DNA from: Psammoneis japonica
Taxonomy: Eukaryota
Assembly (NCBI GenBank): GCA_008632985.1
Contig: QPGO01000054.1
Location: forward strand, 281,050-345,049
Length of the DNA: 64,000 nucleotides
Direction: 5' to 3'
The position numbers and the translations under genes are program-made. This document shows, piece by piece, positions 47,031 through 59,441 of this stretch; the stretch's first letter is position 1; each line of letters starts with the position of its first letter. The notes under the pieces were generated by a model, which worked only from the letters and a program-made list of their open reading frames with translations, ran no database searches and was not told where the DNA came from.

Positions 47031-48699
47031 GCACTGGCATGGACAATCACTTGTTGGGAAAGAGGAACGCTGGCAGGAGGTGCTGCAGCTGCAGTGCCCC
47101 CATGTTTCTGGGGGCTGCTGCTCTGGCTCTTTGTAGGCACATGTCCAGTGCCATGGCTGTGCTGTGCCGATCAACCTTTTGCTTGACTGGCTCCCTGTCT
47201 GCAACCAGCACCTGCATGTCCCCTCAACTCCATGACCTCTTCTGACCTCCTGCCTGCAAGTTTCGGTTGTGGCAAGAGTGCAACAACAACAAAGGGTTTT
47301 TTTGTGCACATGCAGATTGGTTGCAAGCAAAGATCAGCTGCATGCAACAGCAGCCCTGGCACAGACATAAACAAAAAACCAAGCTGTGTGGGCCAGCACA
47401 AACGCAACAATTTCATTCTCAACAAGAACTGACTGAGATCATAAAAACTGAGACATCAATCTTCTTTGAAAACAGATGCACAGCATCTGATTGAAACAAT
47501 GTCAAACATCAAGCCACCACAAAAATGAGAGCTCACACACAAAATGCATCAGCAGCAATGAAGACCAACAAAAAAATTGGTTCAAGTTGATTCAAAATGA
47601 TTTGAAACTTTGAAAATGGGTGTGCAATGAAAGGCCTTCTTTTTTTTGAAAAAAGACCACTTGCAAATCACACAGGCAAAGATCACCAGGCTGCTGACTG
47701 GCTTGGCTGCAGGACAAAAAGGCACATTGCTGCCACACAAAACAACACAGAAACACAGAATGATGCATCCAAGCAGCACACAAAGGTTGATGACATCACA
47801 GGAAGGCACCAACAAAACCCAGGACTCAGCACACCACACCAACACAATGAAAAGCCATTGGAAAGGTGAAAGCTCAGAAGTGGCAGACAGCTTCTTGCAG
47901 CAATCAAAACAAACTGACATTTGACAAAAACAGCCAAGGCTGAGAAACAAAGTGCTGCAACATTGCACACATGACAGAAGAGCAGAAACAGCAGCACTGC
48001 ATGATGCTTGCCAAAGAAACATGCCACACTGACAACTTCTCTGCTGTCCATTTCCAGGGATTGCTGTTGTGTCTGACAATGAAAAGCTGTCACAAAAACT
48101 GACTCTCTTTGAAACATGAAAGATGAGAGCATGGTTTGAGGGCAGCACAGCCAAAAGAACATCGCCAAGATGCACGACAGACTGCATGGAACAATTGGAC
48201 AGACAATGGGGTGGTTGCTTGAAGAACAGAGGGAGCAAAGGCAGCAAAATTGCAGTGTGGAATGAGAGCACCACACATCAACCAGGGCAGAAAGCAAACA
48301 TCATTGGAAACCAAGGCAACAAAATGGAAGCCAGTTGACAAATGAACAGCTCAAATTGTTGGCACACTCCAGCCAGCAAACAACAGCAACTGATTAAACA
48401 TGCTTGGGTGTGTGTGCACAGATGTGAACCATGTTTCATTCATTTTGGTTTCCCACTTCACCAACCCAGCCAACAACCAACACTCTGACATTTGCAGTTG
48501 CAGCACACTGTGGTTGCTTGAGTTCAAAATGAATCTTGTCAAGAGCAGCCCATGTGCTGTGAAACCAAATTTCCTCAAGTCTGGTTTCCTGCTTCACTGA
48601 CTCAGTTGATCATCAAAGTCAATTTGCTCACAATGATGAAGGAGCCCTTGACAAGAACACAGGCTTCTCATTGAGCAAATGTCAATCCTGAAGAAGAGC

Positions 48700-50480
48700 A
48701 GTTGTGTTTTCCAGATGGCCAGGCATGCCAGGCAAGACAATGGAGTTGAGATTGTGATCTGCTGCAGTGGAAGAGAGGGAGTCAAAGGTGGAGAAAGATG
48801 GCACAAAGGCAGAAAGAGAAGCAAGTGCATTTGACCAAGAGGAAAGGGAGGAGTGGAGCAGCTGGGTGAAAAAAGGGGAGTCACTGGTCAAGGATGCACC
48901 ATGTTTTGATGACATGGGTGGAAAGAACAGATGAGGAGGGAGAGATGAGGAGGAAGGGGTGGAGGTGGTGAAGATGTTGTGGCAGTCCCAACGCTGCCCA
49001 GGGAGGCTGGGAAGTGAGTGACAAGCTGGGCAGTGATTGGGGGGGAAGAGACGCAGCAGCAGCAAGGCAAGAAAGGAAGCAGAGGAGGGAGTGACCTGTG
49101 ATGGCATCAGAGAAAGGCAAAGCACAATGGAAGAAGTTGAGCAGGTCTCAGAGGGATGGGAAGTTGTGGCAGACATTGGCAGAGAGGAGGTGAGCAATGG
49201 AGGGGATGGAGCATCTGCAGAAAAGTGTGCTCTGGGTTTGCTTGTCAGCGAGGGGAGCAGCAAAGTGGAAGAGGTCCTCTTGAGCAAAGGAGCAGTTGGC
49301 TTTGTTGGAAAGAAAATTGGAGGCAAGCTCAGAGAATCCAATGGGTTGGCCAAGGAAGCAAAGACCAGCAGTGACCTCAGGGTTGATGGCAGCATCAGCA
49401 GTTGGGTTGACAAAGGAGAGGGCATCAGGAAAGAGGAAAGGTGGCAGCATTGCCAGGAGCAAGAGAGAGAGAGAGAGAGAGAGAGAGGGCAAGGAGCCAG
49501 AGATTGATGTGAGAATTTTGGTCTTGGAATGGCCAAGGACAGTGCACTGAAGGGAGGGTCCTGGGTGGGCAATCAATGAAAAAACCAAGGGACAATGGAG
49601 TGAGCAAGAAAAGCATGGGTGTCATCAAGGTGGGAAGAGGCACAGCATGTTTTGAGTGAGCTTGAAGGTGAAGGTGCACAGCTCTTGGTTGAGAGGTGCA
49701 AGGACCCGGGCCAGGACAAAGCCAGAAAAAGCAGGGCCAAGTGAGCAGCCTTGGACAAAGCCATCTGGCTGAACGGAGGAGGGCCGCTGATGATGGTGGT
49801 CATGGTGCCAGCAGAGATGTTGGGCTCTCACTGGTGCAAAAGATCAAAGAGGGGGGAAAGAGAGGCAACATTTGGGGGGAGTTGGAAAGCATGTGGAGGC
49901 AGGGGATGTGAGAGGGTTTGTTGAAAAGTTGGTGAGACCCAAGAGAACCGCAGCCTTCTTCACAGCAGGGGTTGCACCCAGGGAGAGGCAGCATTCCATG
50001 TTGGCACAAATGGCATGAATTGGAGAATCTGTGCTGCCACAGATGCTAACACCAAGCTGACCAGAGGGAAAACAGTCAGTGGCAAAGGTGGCAGCAAAGA
50101 GATGTGTGGCAATGGTGCACCAGCAATGTGGTGGAGGGCAGCATTGGGTGGGTCCTTGTGAAGGGGGGCACAAGGAAGCAGTTTGTGGCAAGGAAAGGTT
50201 GGATCAAGGGAGGAAGGTTGGAAGAAAAGAAAGGTCCAGGAGGCATTTGAAGAGAAGGAGGCAGGGCTTGGATGTCACAGCATGAGCAGAGCGTCAGTGG
50301 AGGGCAAAAGATCTGAAAAGACAGAGTCAGCAAAGGGGCCAGCAGCAGTGCCAGGATGGCACTTCAAAAGGGCTTTTTCAATGTCCACAGGAGAGCTGGA
50401 TGGGGTGTGTGTGTCATGGGCAGAAGAGAGGGGAGGATGCTGGTCGGGAGGGTACGGGTGTAACTTTGAACATCTTGCAT
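48700..50480 (-). mobile_element. RT region of a degenerate, 5'-truncated CRE-like non-LTR retrotransposon
   Basis: Ordered motifs across frameshifts: GTAAGPFADS, PSGQLGVSICGS.D..IH, DGFVQGCSLGP (~49733-49765), HLDD (49621-49632, for YLDD), GLCFLGQPIG, LADKQTQSTLFCRCSIPSIAHLL. Confidence 0.72.
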
Positions 50481-50834
50481 GCGCTGCTTTCGGCGAGCGG
50501 CGATGACACAGTGGCGGCGATGACGGCGACACATCGCACTCAACAGACTGACGAATGGATGGAACATCTCTACAGTAGCTTACGCTTGAGTCAGTCTTCT
50601 CCCGCGGGCACCGCCGCATATGACGCCACAGGACCAGAGAGCGGCTGTCCGAGTGCCTCACGACCTGGTGCAGGTAGTTTATTGGCAGGTTTCGAGGCAA
50701 GTGGAGTAGAGCTATCTGAAATGGGCTGAGTTCGAGGTTCTTTGATAATTTCCGTTCGGTGTGCTCAGGAACCTAAAACTGCAAAAGTCGACATGTGCTA
50801 GGTTGATCGATCTCGTAGCAGATTCTAGTGGCTA

Positions 50835-51632
50835 TTACCTTTCTTCATCTATTCCGAGTGCTTTACTGGTTAGCTCTCGCAGGGATTCTCTTACTTCGTC
50901 TCGTCTTGTTTTGGCAAGTGCGTGTGCCTTTTCTAGTTCTGCCGCCGCCTCATGATTCAACTCTAGTAGCTCGCTGATTCGCTCCATTTGTTGCGTTTTG
51001 GTTCTATTCATTCCAGGCAAAGCAGCTACACGCTCATCAATGTCGGCACTCTTTTGCAATACTGTACTGGCTAGACGAGAAACCAGCTCACGATCTTTTT
51101 CCATTTTGATCTTGGCGTGAAGCCGAATCGCATCTTCACGCTTTTGAGGTGCAACACCACCACTCGCCTTTTCAACCAGAGCCACAATTTCTTCGTCACC
51201 GTTTCGATAGGAATGCCAAAATTCGTCAAAGTCGTCTTGCCCATCCGAGGTCCCTCCGATGTTTCCAGATTCAGGCGCCACGGCATCACGCAATCCGCGA
51301 AGAGCCTCAAACATGGCTAAAGACAAGCTTTTCACACATCATAGTGATAATAAGGCTGTGTAAAGAATACAAAATTGTTCATCAATCGTGATTTTAAACG
51401 AAAGACTTACCCATCTGTTGCGTATAAAACGATGTAAGAAGAATCTGTAAGCTTTCAAGCACATGCAACACGCAATTGCATCCATCAATGCTCTTTCTCA
51501 CTTCTCACCTATGCTATCTTGAACTGCTGTTATTTCGTCTATTCTTAATACCTCAATGCTTTCCTCTTTGTTTGAAGCTTCTGATGAAGCGACAGCGGGA
51601 GGCGACGCAGGATCATTCTCCGCCGTCGACAT
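50835..51632 (-). CDS. MED21: Mediator subunit MED21-like; exons 51632-51509, 51414-51411, 51327-50835
   Basis: DEITAVQDSIDGLSLAMF...LASTVLQKSADIDERVAALPG...QMERISEL; canonical GT..AG junctions give a continuous frame. Confidence 0.75.
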
Positions 51633-51849
51633 CGTCAAAAATGTGGTTGTGGGTTGTGGGTTGTGGGTTGTGGCCTTTGGTGTTTGGCTTGAGATGTGAG
51701 ATCGCGTTAGTCGAAGGATTCGAACGCAGAACCTCGGGGATTATGCTCGTTGAGCGAAAAACAAAAAACAGTCACGAGCAACAGCATCGCAGCATAAGAG
51801 CAGGGTGGCCACCACTGAACCTTCTATCAACTATTGGAGGGAATAGAAC

Positions 51850-52761
51850 ATGTCTTCTGAAGCTTATGACGACCTTGAGAGGGTGAGTGGTTGAGCATTT
51901 GATGGAAATCGGGCGCTTTTTGAGAACGCAACGTGTTGTTTTTTCTAACAGACGTTTCGCTGCGGTATTTTCAGGAGTACAACGCCCACGTGTCGCGAAT
52001 TCGGAGCTTTCTGGCAGCGACAAGGTCTCAGTCGACTCTAAAGGAATGTCAGCGACTCTTACAGGATGCAGAAGTGTGTGCAAAGTCCCTTCAGGACTTG
52101 GCTTCGCCTGATAACCCCATGCAAGTACGAGCTTCTCAGGATCGATTCGAGAAAGAGCTGCCACCTCTGAGACAGGAGGTTTCCCGAGCGCTTGGAAGGA
52201 CAGGCGGTGATGTCGAGATGATGGGTGATCAGGGCTATCAAGCTCCGGATCCTTATTTTGGGGTGTCCTCTGACACGGAGATGCTCATTCAGAATTCGGA
52301 AGACTTGTTGCGCGAATCGCAAGCGTGAGTCGTTCGTACTTTTTCTCGTGGCGTTTTTCTTGTTCATTACATTATGTTTCTGACCTTGTCGTGCCACTTC
52401 AACTACCGTATACATATCTTAGTCTTTGTGCTGATTCCGAGAGAGTTGGGAATAGCACCTTGGAGCAGATGGGTATGCAGCGTGAGCAACTCCAACGTGC
52501 TTCGTCCCATGCGGAGCAGGCGAGACACATTACAATGCAAGCGAGAAGAGTGTTGAGACAAATGTAAGTGTCCTTATTCCAATCTTGCACAAAAGCTTGA
52601 CTTATTTAAAATGCACTCTCATGTGGTTGCCGTTTCACGTTCATAGGGGTAATCGAGCTTTGCAGAGTAAACTGTTTCTCTACGCCGTAATTGTATTTCT
52701 CGTTGTCGCAAACATTTTCGCCTTTATTCACTTGGTGAAGAAGAACAAGAAGAAATTGTAA
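51850..52761 (+). CDS. VTI1: Vti1-like Qb-SNARE, 4 exons
   Basis: N-terminal helical bundle, SNARE motif SERVGNSTLEQMGMQREQL...ARRVLRQM, C-terminal TM LFLYAVIVFLVVANIFAFI. Confidence 0.82.
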
Positions 52762-53429
52762 TTCTCACACACGTTCCGGTTTGGAAAGAGTCCTATAACA
52801 GACTGAAAACTCTGTTTTGCTGCGGTCTGTGCTCAGCTTCAGCAATTTGTAACTACTAAGGCACGTTTTGCATGTTACAGCAACTACACCGCGAAAGTAG
52901 TCTCCCGCGATGCCCCTTTTCTTCTTTTCGGACTCCTGCGGCTTCCATATCATACCGTAATTGCTGCTGTGTCAAAATATGATGTGCGGGATCAATAGTG
53001 CTGCCTTATCGATACGACATCTGCCAATGCTTGGCGAGATAATAACAGTGAACAAACTAGTACCTCTTGTTCCCCTTTTGCACACGATACGGTGTACGGT
53101 ACAGTAGAACTTGCATGCAGCAAATAAACAAACACTTCCACATTAAAAAGAAAAAACAGATGCTTTTGCAATACAAGACTACCAAGTACGGTCTTCTAGA
53201 GGTACCAGTAACGAGGCAGCATTCGTCTTCAAGAAGTACCATACAATCAGGAAATAGATAATTCAGAAAGCAACAGCTAACTGTTACACGAGACTAAGAT
53301 TTACATAGCAGCAACCGCCGCATCGACACTCCGCATCCAAGCACCTACACAGCTTTTCTCAACAGCGATGCGCTCGAAATCCCTTCATAACACAGCTAAA
53401 AAATGACTCAACACGCCAACTCCATTTGT

Positions 53430-55184
53430 TTAGAAGCACTTGCGGTGCACAATCGAAGGACCGGACTCATCATATTCCTCCTTGCTAATCCACATACTCT
53501 GGAAGGTGGAGAGCGACGCCAGAATGGAACCTCCAATCCACACAGAGTACTTACGCTCCGGAGGAGCAACAATCTTGACCTTGATGGAGGCCGGGGCAAG
53601 GGCAGTGATCTCCTTGGACATACGCTCACTGATTCCGGGGAACATGGTAGTACCACCCGAAAGGACGATGTTCGCGTACAAATCCTTACGGATATCGACA
53701 TCACACTTCATAATGGTCTGGAAAGTAGAGTCGGCAATGCCGTCCAATTCAAGACCAGTGAGGTTAGGCTGGAACAAAACCTCTGGGCATCGGAAGCGCT
53801 CGTTTCCAATGACAATGATGTTTCCGTCGGGAAGCTCGAACGACTTCTCGAGAGCAGAACTCTCGGCGGCCTTCTTCATCTCCTCCTCGAAATCGACAGC
53901 GACAAAGCACAGACTCTCCTTGATATCACGGACGATTTCGCGCTCGGCGGTGGTGGTGAGAGAGTAACCACGCTCGGTGAGGATCTTCATAAGGTAGTCA
54001 GTAAGATCACGTCCCGCAAGATCAAGACGGACAACGGCATGGGGAAGCGCGTAACCCTCGTAAATGGGCACGGTGTGGGTAACACCGTCTCCAGAATCAA
54101 GAACGCAACCAGTGGTACGACCAGATGCATACAAAGAAAGAACGGCCTGGATGTTGACGTACATGGCAGGGACATTGAAAGTCTCAAACATGATCTGGGT
54201 CATACGTTCACGGTTAGCCTTAGGGTTCTGAGGGGCCTCGGTAAGGAGGACAGGGTGGGCCTCAGGGGCAACACGGAGCTCATTGTAAAAAGTATGGTGC
54301 CAAATCTTCTCCATATCATCCCAATTCGTAACAATACCGTGCTCGATGGGGTACTTCAAAGTCAAGACACCACGCTTCGCCTGCGCTTCGTCACCAACGT
54401 AGGCATCGCGTTGTTCCATACCGACCTACACATACAGAAGGAACAACATTTGATTAGACAACACGAATACTGAGAAGGAGGTAAGGCTACGTATCGGGGA
54501 CAATCATCGGCAAGTACGACTGGGCCTAAATGCCGCGAAGTCGTTCGGCCTTCATCTGCCTGCAACTCTCGTTTCTCTGGGTAATCTATCCCAAGTGGAC
54601 GTACCATGATACCAGGCTGGCGAGCCCGACCAATCAGAGAGGGGAACACGGAGCGAGGAGCATCATCTCCAGCAAATCCGGCTGAAAAGAAAAAAGAAAC
54701 AGGATTCAAAAGTGATTGAGAAAGCACGCGAAGAGAAATGCTCATTACAACATATGAAGATATATATACGCCACGGTCAAAAAATTTAGCCTACTTTGTG
54801 GCGAACAAAAGGAGACATGCACAAAAAGATCCGACAGTCGCATGCCGACAATGAGATAGGCCCTACGTCGCCACAGCCAAACAAAGGTTGCTATCCATGA
54901 CGAGAATAAATCGGTTGCATCCATAGTCGCCGTTTGTCTTCGACCGCCAATCGTTATGCGGTCATCCGCGGGTATCAAACTTCATTCCCAGTATACAGCG
55001 CCGTAGAAACCAACGTAAATTAAATACGAACGTGTCGCCGCGCATTGTCGACCTTGCAATGAAGTAGAACGATTAACCGATCGTCGCAATCGCCCAACAA
55101 CTGATGCCGTATCCGATACATACCTTTGCACATTCCGGAGCCGTTGTCAATGACAAGGGCGGCAATATCTTCTTCGTCAGCCAT
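53430..55184 (-). CDS. ACT: Actin, 3 exons
   Basis: [20 protein letters not shown] | [15 protein letters not shown] | [15 protein letters not shown]...[10 protein letters not shown]. Confidence 0.99.
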
Positions 55185-56220
55185 GGTTGTTGCTTGTGCG
55201 GTCGTGATCGAGAGGTTGTGTGCGAGCCGACTGGAAGTGTGCGTGTTGCAACGGGAATTGAGTAAATTTGAAAGTTGTACCAACAACCACGTGGGACCTA
55301 CGTATACGGAATTGTGAACGTGGATCGTGGTATGAATGACCGAGGAGAGATTGCCAACGGTCAATTGAGCGTGCGCGGACAATTCTACGTCATTCTCAGT
55401 ATGAAAATTACGTAGGAAAATAGAACGGAAAATTCTGGCCGGGCGTTCTGCGATACCGAACCATTTGAAAAAACTAGAGAGAGAGCAACACACTCGTTGA
55501 TTTTGGTTTAGACTCTCCCTTTGAGAGAAGGACGATATGGTATGTGAAACAGAACTAGTAATGCCATAGTTACAGTAGTGCGCTTCAGCTGATCGAGATT
55601 GTTCCATTGTATAGTCAAGGAATTTTGAATCTCTCTCTGTAGAGAGCCAGTGGAGAGAGACCAGAATCTCTCTGCATTTTAACAACCCTCAAGTAGTCAT
55701 CACATATTAGTACTGGCACCAGTGGCATCAAAGGAATAAGAGATGACTCTCCTGAATCGCTCGCTCCCCTCCAACGCGTGCTCTAGCTGGCATGCACACA
55801 AACTCGTCATGGGCCCGGTTGGTCTGCTTGCATCAGTGGCACTACTTGGCACACGTATCTGGAGAGAAGATCTAGGACAGCGATGCTGGATTGTTGACAA
55901 CACGTTGAAAGTAGACTTTCTACTCTCCACCCCTCAGATCTAAGCTGTTCGTGAGATGAGACCATTGTCCTGATACTCGCTCGTTTTTGTGAGGAGTGTT
56001 CCCTGCTGGCCTGTTGAAGATCCAGATCTTCGATCCAAAAAGTATGAAAAACCTTCACGAATGAATAGAAGTTTACAAAGAGACTCCCTCCGACCCGCAT
56101 CAACGACATTCTAGCTGCATGTTGAGAGTTGAGAGGTCCATGGTCCATCTATAATCAGTCCATCATCTCATTCCAACATCTCTTTCCTCTCTAGCCAGAC
56201 TTAATAATTCATTCAAAGAT

Positions 56221-58047
56221 ATGACTTCCATAAGGGTATTGGAATACGAGAGCGATGACGCGGTCTCGTCGGATCGTCACAACAAAGTACTTCCGTTGAA
56301 GGAGTATCTTATTTCGTCCGATGAAGCGAAATCCGTGGCTGCAGCGGCAACATCTCCGCGTCGACAGGGCGGTTTCTTAACTATGAGGGAGACGATGATT
56401 CACTATTTGGTAATAAAGCCAAGACGAGTTCTTAGCGATTTGTTTCTTCCAATTGGGTGAGTTATTGCGCCGAGTCGGAAGCGAAATTTCTGCTGCTGGA
56501 TGAAAATGATTTGATCGTAGACAATTGTTTCTTAAATCCTTGGTACTTCAGGTATCCACACTCGGTACGAGAGGAATACATGGGATATCAGATATGCGAC
56601 TCGCTTCAAGGATTATGTTCCTATCTTCGAGGAGTTGTAGCGACCAGCGCTGTGCTCACCGCCGCTGGAGTAGGTGACGCGGAAGCGTCTGCAATGAGCG
56701 CTGCCATGGTAAGTTTGCGCGGCGCTCTGTTCATCTCTTCATAAAGAGCACAACGTGATTCTTAAACAGATTTTTAATCTTTCTCCGATAATAGACCTGG
56801 GCGATGCGAGACGGCTCAGGCATGGTTGGCGGCCTTTTGTTTTCGTACTGTGCTTCTTCCATGTTTGATTCCCATGTCAAGGAATTTCGGCTTTTTGCCG
56901 ACATTATGAATGATGTGGGCCTGACAATCGATATGCTTGCACCCTATGCGGGCTCTGAAAACATTCTCTATGTGACCAGCATAGCAACAGTGTGTAAAGT
57001 CATGTGTGGGATCAGTGCTGGCTCGACAAAGGGATCCATTACACATCACTTTGCTTTGCGAGGTAACATGGCCGATGTAAATGCCAAAGAGTCAACTCAA
57101 GAAACTCTCATGTCGTTGGTGGGGATGCTGTTGGGTGTTGCTTTAGCGCGTTATTTGCACCGTTTAGAGCAACAACAGCTGGGAGAAACAAATGATGGCG
57201 CTCAGTCCACCAATGCCGCAACTGTTTCGTGGACGATATTCCTTGTGCTTACACTGTTGCATGTCTATGCAAATTACATTGGAGTAAAGCTTTTACACCT
57301 GAGGACATTGAATCGCCAACGAGCAACTGAAGCACTCCAAGAGGTGATTGACGATGTGGCGTCTAAATACACCAGCGAGGGCTCGGCTGACACCAATCAA
57401 GCAAACGGTGCGTTTGCTAGTGGCTTACGTTCTTCGATAAAGGCACCACAAGATGTATCCGAATCCCTATTGGAATCTTTTTACCGCTTGATCTTCCCTG
57501 GTGATGTGCGATTAGGGGTTTGTTTGCAAGAAGCCTTCCACGGTCTCTCATCGACAGTCATGGCGTATGCCTTGGAGAAGGAGTTTCGCGACGAGCTCTA
57601 TGTGCTTACTTTAACGGGCAATGCTACAAAGGTGTCAGTGATGTTACAGGTCGGCGCTTCTGACGCGGACGAGCTAAAAGCCTTTATTCACGCCATGATA
57701 CTTCGTGAATGTATTCATCGAGGAGCATTCAACGACAAGTCAATACAGGAGAAGGATTGCAAGCGCTTGATATCCCTGTGAGTCAAAATCTGCGGCTGAC
57801 TTTCTGACAGTTGAAAATCAACCATCTCCTATTCTGCTCACACTTTTCTTTCCGTGTTTGGCGGTTATCTTTGCGTAGCACTCATCAAGACGTAAACGCT
57901 CTATTCGTCGACGCAACGAGCAACGGACATAAAGAAGCGGCCTCCGTTCTTAACGTTTTACGCGAGAAAGGCTGGGATGTCGACAACCGATTATATCTTG
58001 GATTCGACAAATGGAGAATTTCTTGGAGTTCAACAAAGACGGAGTAG
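56221..58047 (+). CDS. RUS1/DUF647 (root UVB sensitive) family protein, 4 exons
   Basis: FLPIG|YPHSV..EY..YQ..DSLQGLCSYLRG, RDGSGMVG, FRLFADIMNDVG, HFALRGNMADVNAKESTQET, LRTLNRQR. Confidence 0.92.
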
Positions 58048-58088
58048 TTCTGATGAATCTCACAGTGTAATGTCCAGAGTGTGACAGA

Positions 58089-59147
58089 CTACTTTGGCGG
58101 CTCGGGTTCGCCATTTTCAATAGAGGCGGCAGTGGGTGTCTCGGGTATCTCTTCTCCTCGAGATCGCAGAGCATGAAACTTGGCCTCAGCTTCCTTTGCT
58201 CGTTTGAGCTCTTTTACATCAGTCGCAATGTGTTTCTCGCCTCTCTGTTCGGCAAGTCTCATTTGTTTCTGCCTATCTCTGAAACGACGTTCTTGTGCCT
58301 CCGAGATTTCTCCGTAACAGTGACGACAAGATACACCCTCCTGATAGGTTGGAAGTTGCTTATCCTCTTGACTAATGGGATGGCGACACGCATGGCACTT
58401 TTCGTATTCCCCGGGGACAAGTCCATGCCCTACAGAAACGCGATGATCAAAGACATAACACTGACCGTGCCACAGACTATCGTCTTGCTCGACTTCTTCT
58501 AGGTACTTGAGAATACCGCCACGTAAATGATAGACCTCGTCCACCCCTCGCGATTTTAACAAGGCTGTAGACTTCTCGCATCGAATACCTCCAGTACAAA
58601 ACATGGCGACTTTCTTCTGCTGCTTGGGATCGACCTCTTTGTCGACCCAATCCACCAATTCCCTGAAACTCTTTGTTTTTGGATTCACCGCACCGTCAAA
58701 GCTCCCAATGGCCACCTCGTAATCATTTCGTGTATCCACCACAAGAACTTCGGGATCTGAAATGAGAGCGTTCCAGTCTTTTGGGTCAACATGTGTTCCT
58801 GCATTCTCCGCAGGATTCAACTCCCCTGCTCCCAACGTGACAATCTCCTTTTTCAGTCGCACCTTTAGTCTGTGAAAGGGCGATTCGTTCGAACCAGACT
58901 CCTTGTGATCTAAATCGGCTAAACACGGATCTGATTTTAAATAAGTAAGAACGTTCTTTATCCCCGATGGAGGCCCAGCAATTGTTCCGTTGATGCCCTC
59001 GCGAGCCAAAAGGAGCGTTCCCATCACTCCGTTCTCTGCGCATACCGATCTTATCGGAGCCTGCATTTCTTCATAATCATCCAGCTGCACAAACTTATAG
59101 AGTGCAGCAATCCGAAAGGGATACTCCTCGAGATCGGGGGTTGTCAT
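58089..59147 (-). CDS. trhO: TrhO/YceA-type rhodanese-domain tRNA U34 hydroxylase, intronless
   Basis: [78 protein letters not shown]. Confidence 0.92.
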   Translation of the reverse strand: MTTPDLEEYPFRIAALYKFVQLDDYEEMQAPIRSVCAENGVMGTLLLAREGINGTIAGPPSGIKNVLTYLKSDPCLADLDHKESGSNESPFHRLKVRLKKEIVTLGAGELNPAENAGTHVDPKDWNALISDPEVLVVDTRNDYEVAIGSFDGAVNPKTKSFRELVDWVDKEVDPKQQKKVAMFCTGGIRCEKSTALLKSRGVDEVYHLRGGILKYLEEVEQDDSLWHGQCYVFDHRVSVGHGLVPGEYEKCHACRHPISQEDKQLPTYQEGVSCRHCYGEISEAQERRFRDRQKQMRLAEQRGEKHIATDVKELKRAKEAEAKFHALRSRGEEIPETPTAASIENGEPEPPK

Positions 59148-59441
59148 GGAGCAGTCTTTACGATCTCTTTCAACCAAACAGCGGCGGCGCTTTATCTCCT
59201 TGATCTGCCGTCTCCCGTCTCATGGTTTGGTCGTCACGAACACCAGAAACCAAAAAACCCGGAGATAGAGTGCGCTGTTATGGCGATTTGAGTCACGAGT
59301 CGTCACACACCGAATCCCGAATTCAGAATCACGAATCATCACAGCCAGACACGGCGCACTTACTGTATGGTACTGTGGAGTCATGACGATGAGATAACGC
59401 TATCAATGTGCTGGGACTACTTGCTATAAATTATTATCAAC

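Noticed and set aside
42000..50500. Long ORFs such as 44628-45509 and 48682-49572 as host genes
   Set aside because: Same stop-depletion effect; recognisable motifs are scattered over several frames of a dead retroelement or tandem repeat.
50460..50729. Orphan exon of a host gene disrupted by the non-LTR element
   Set aside because: No recognisable domain, no matching upstream exon and no TSD found.
53403..54473. 356-aa plus-strand ORF
   Set aside because: Antisense shadow of the codon-biased actin exon.
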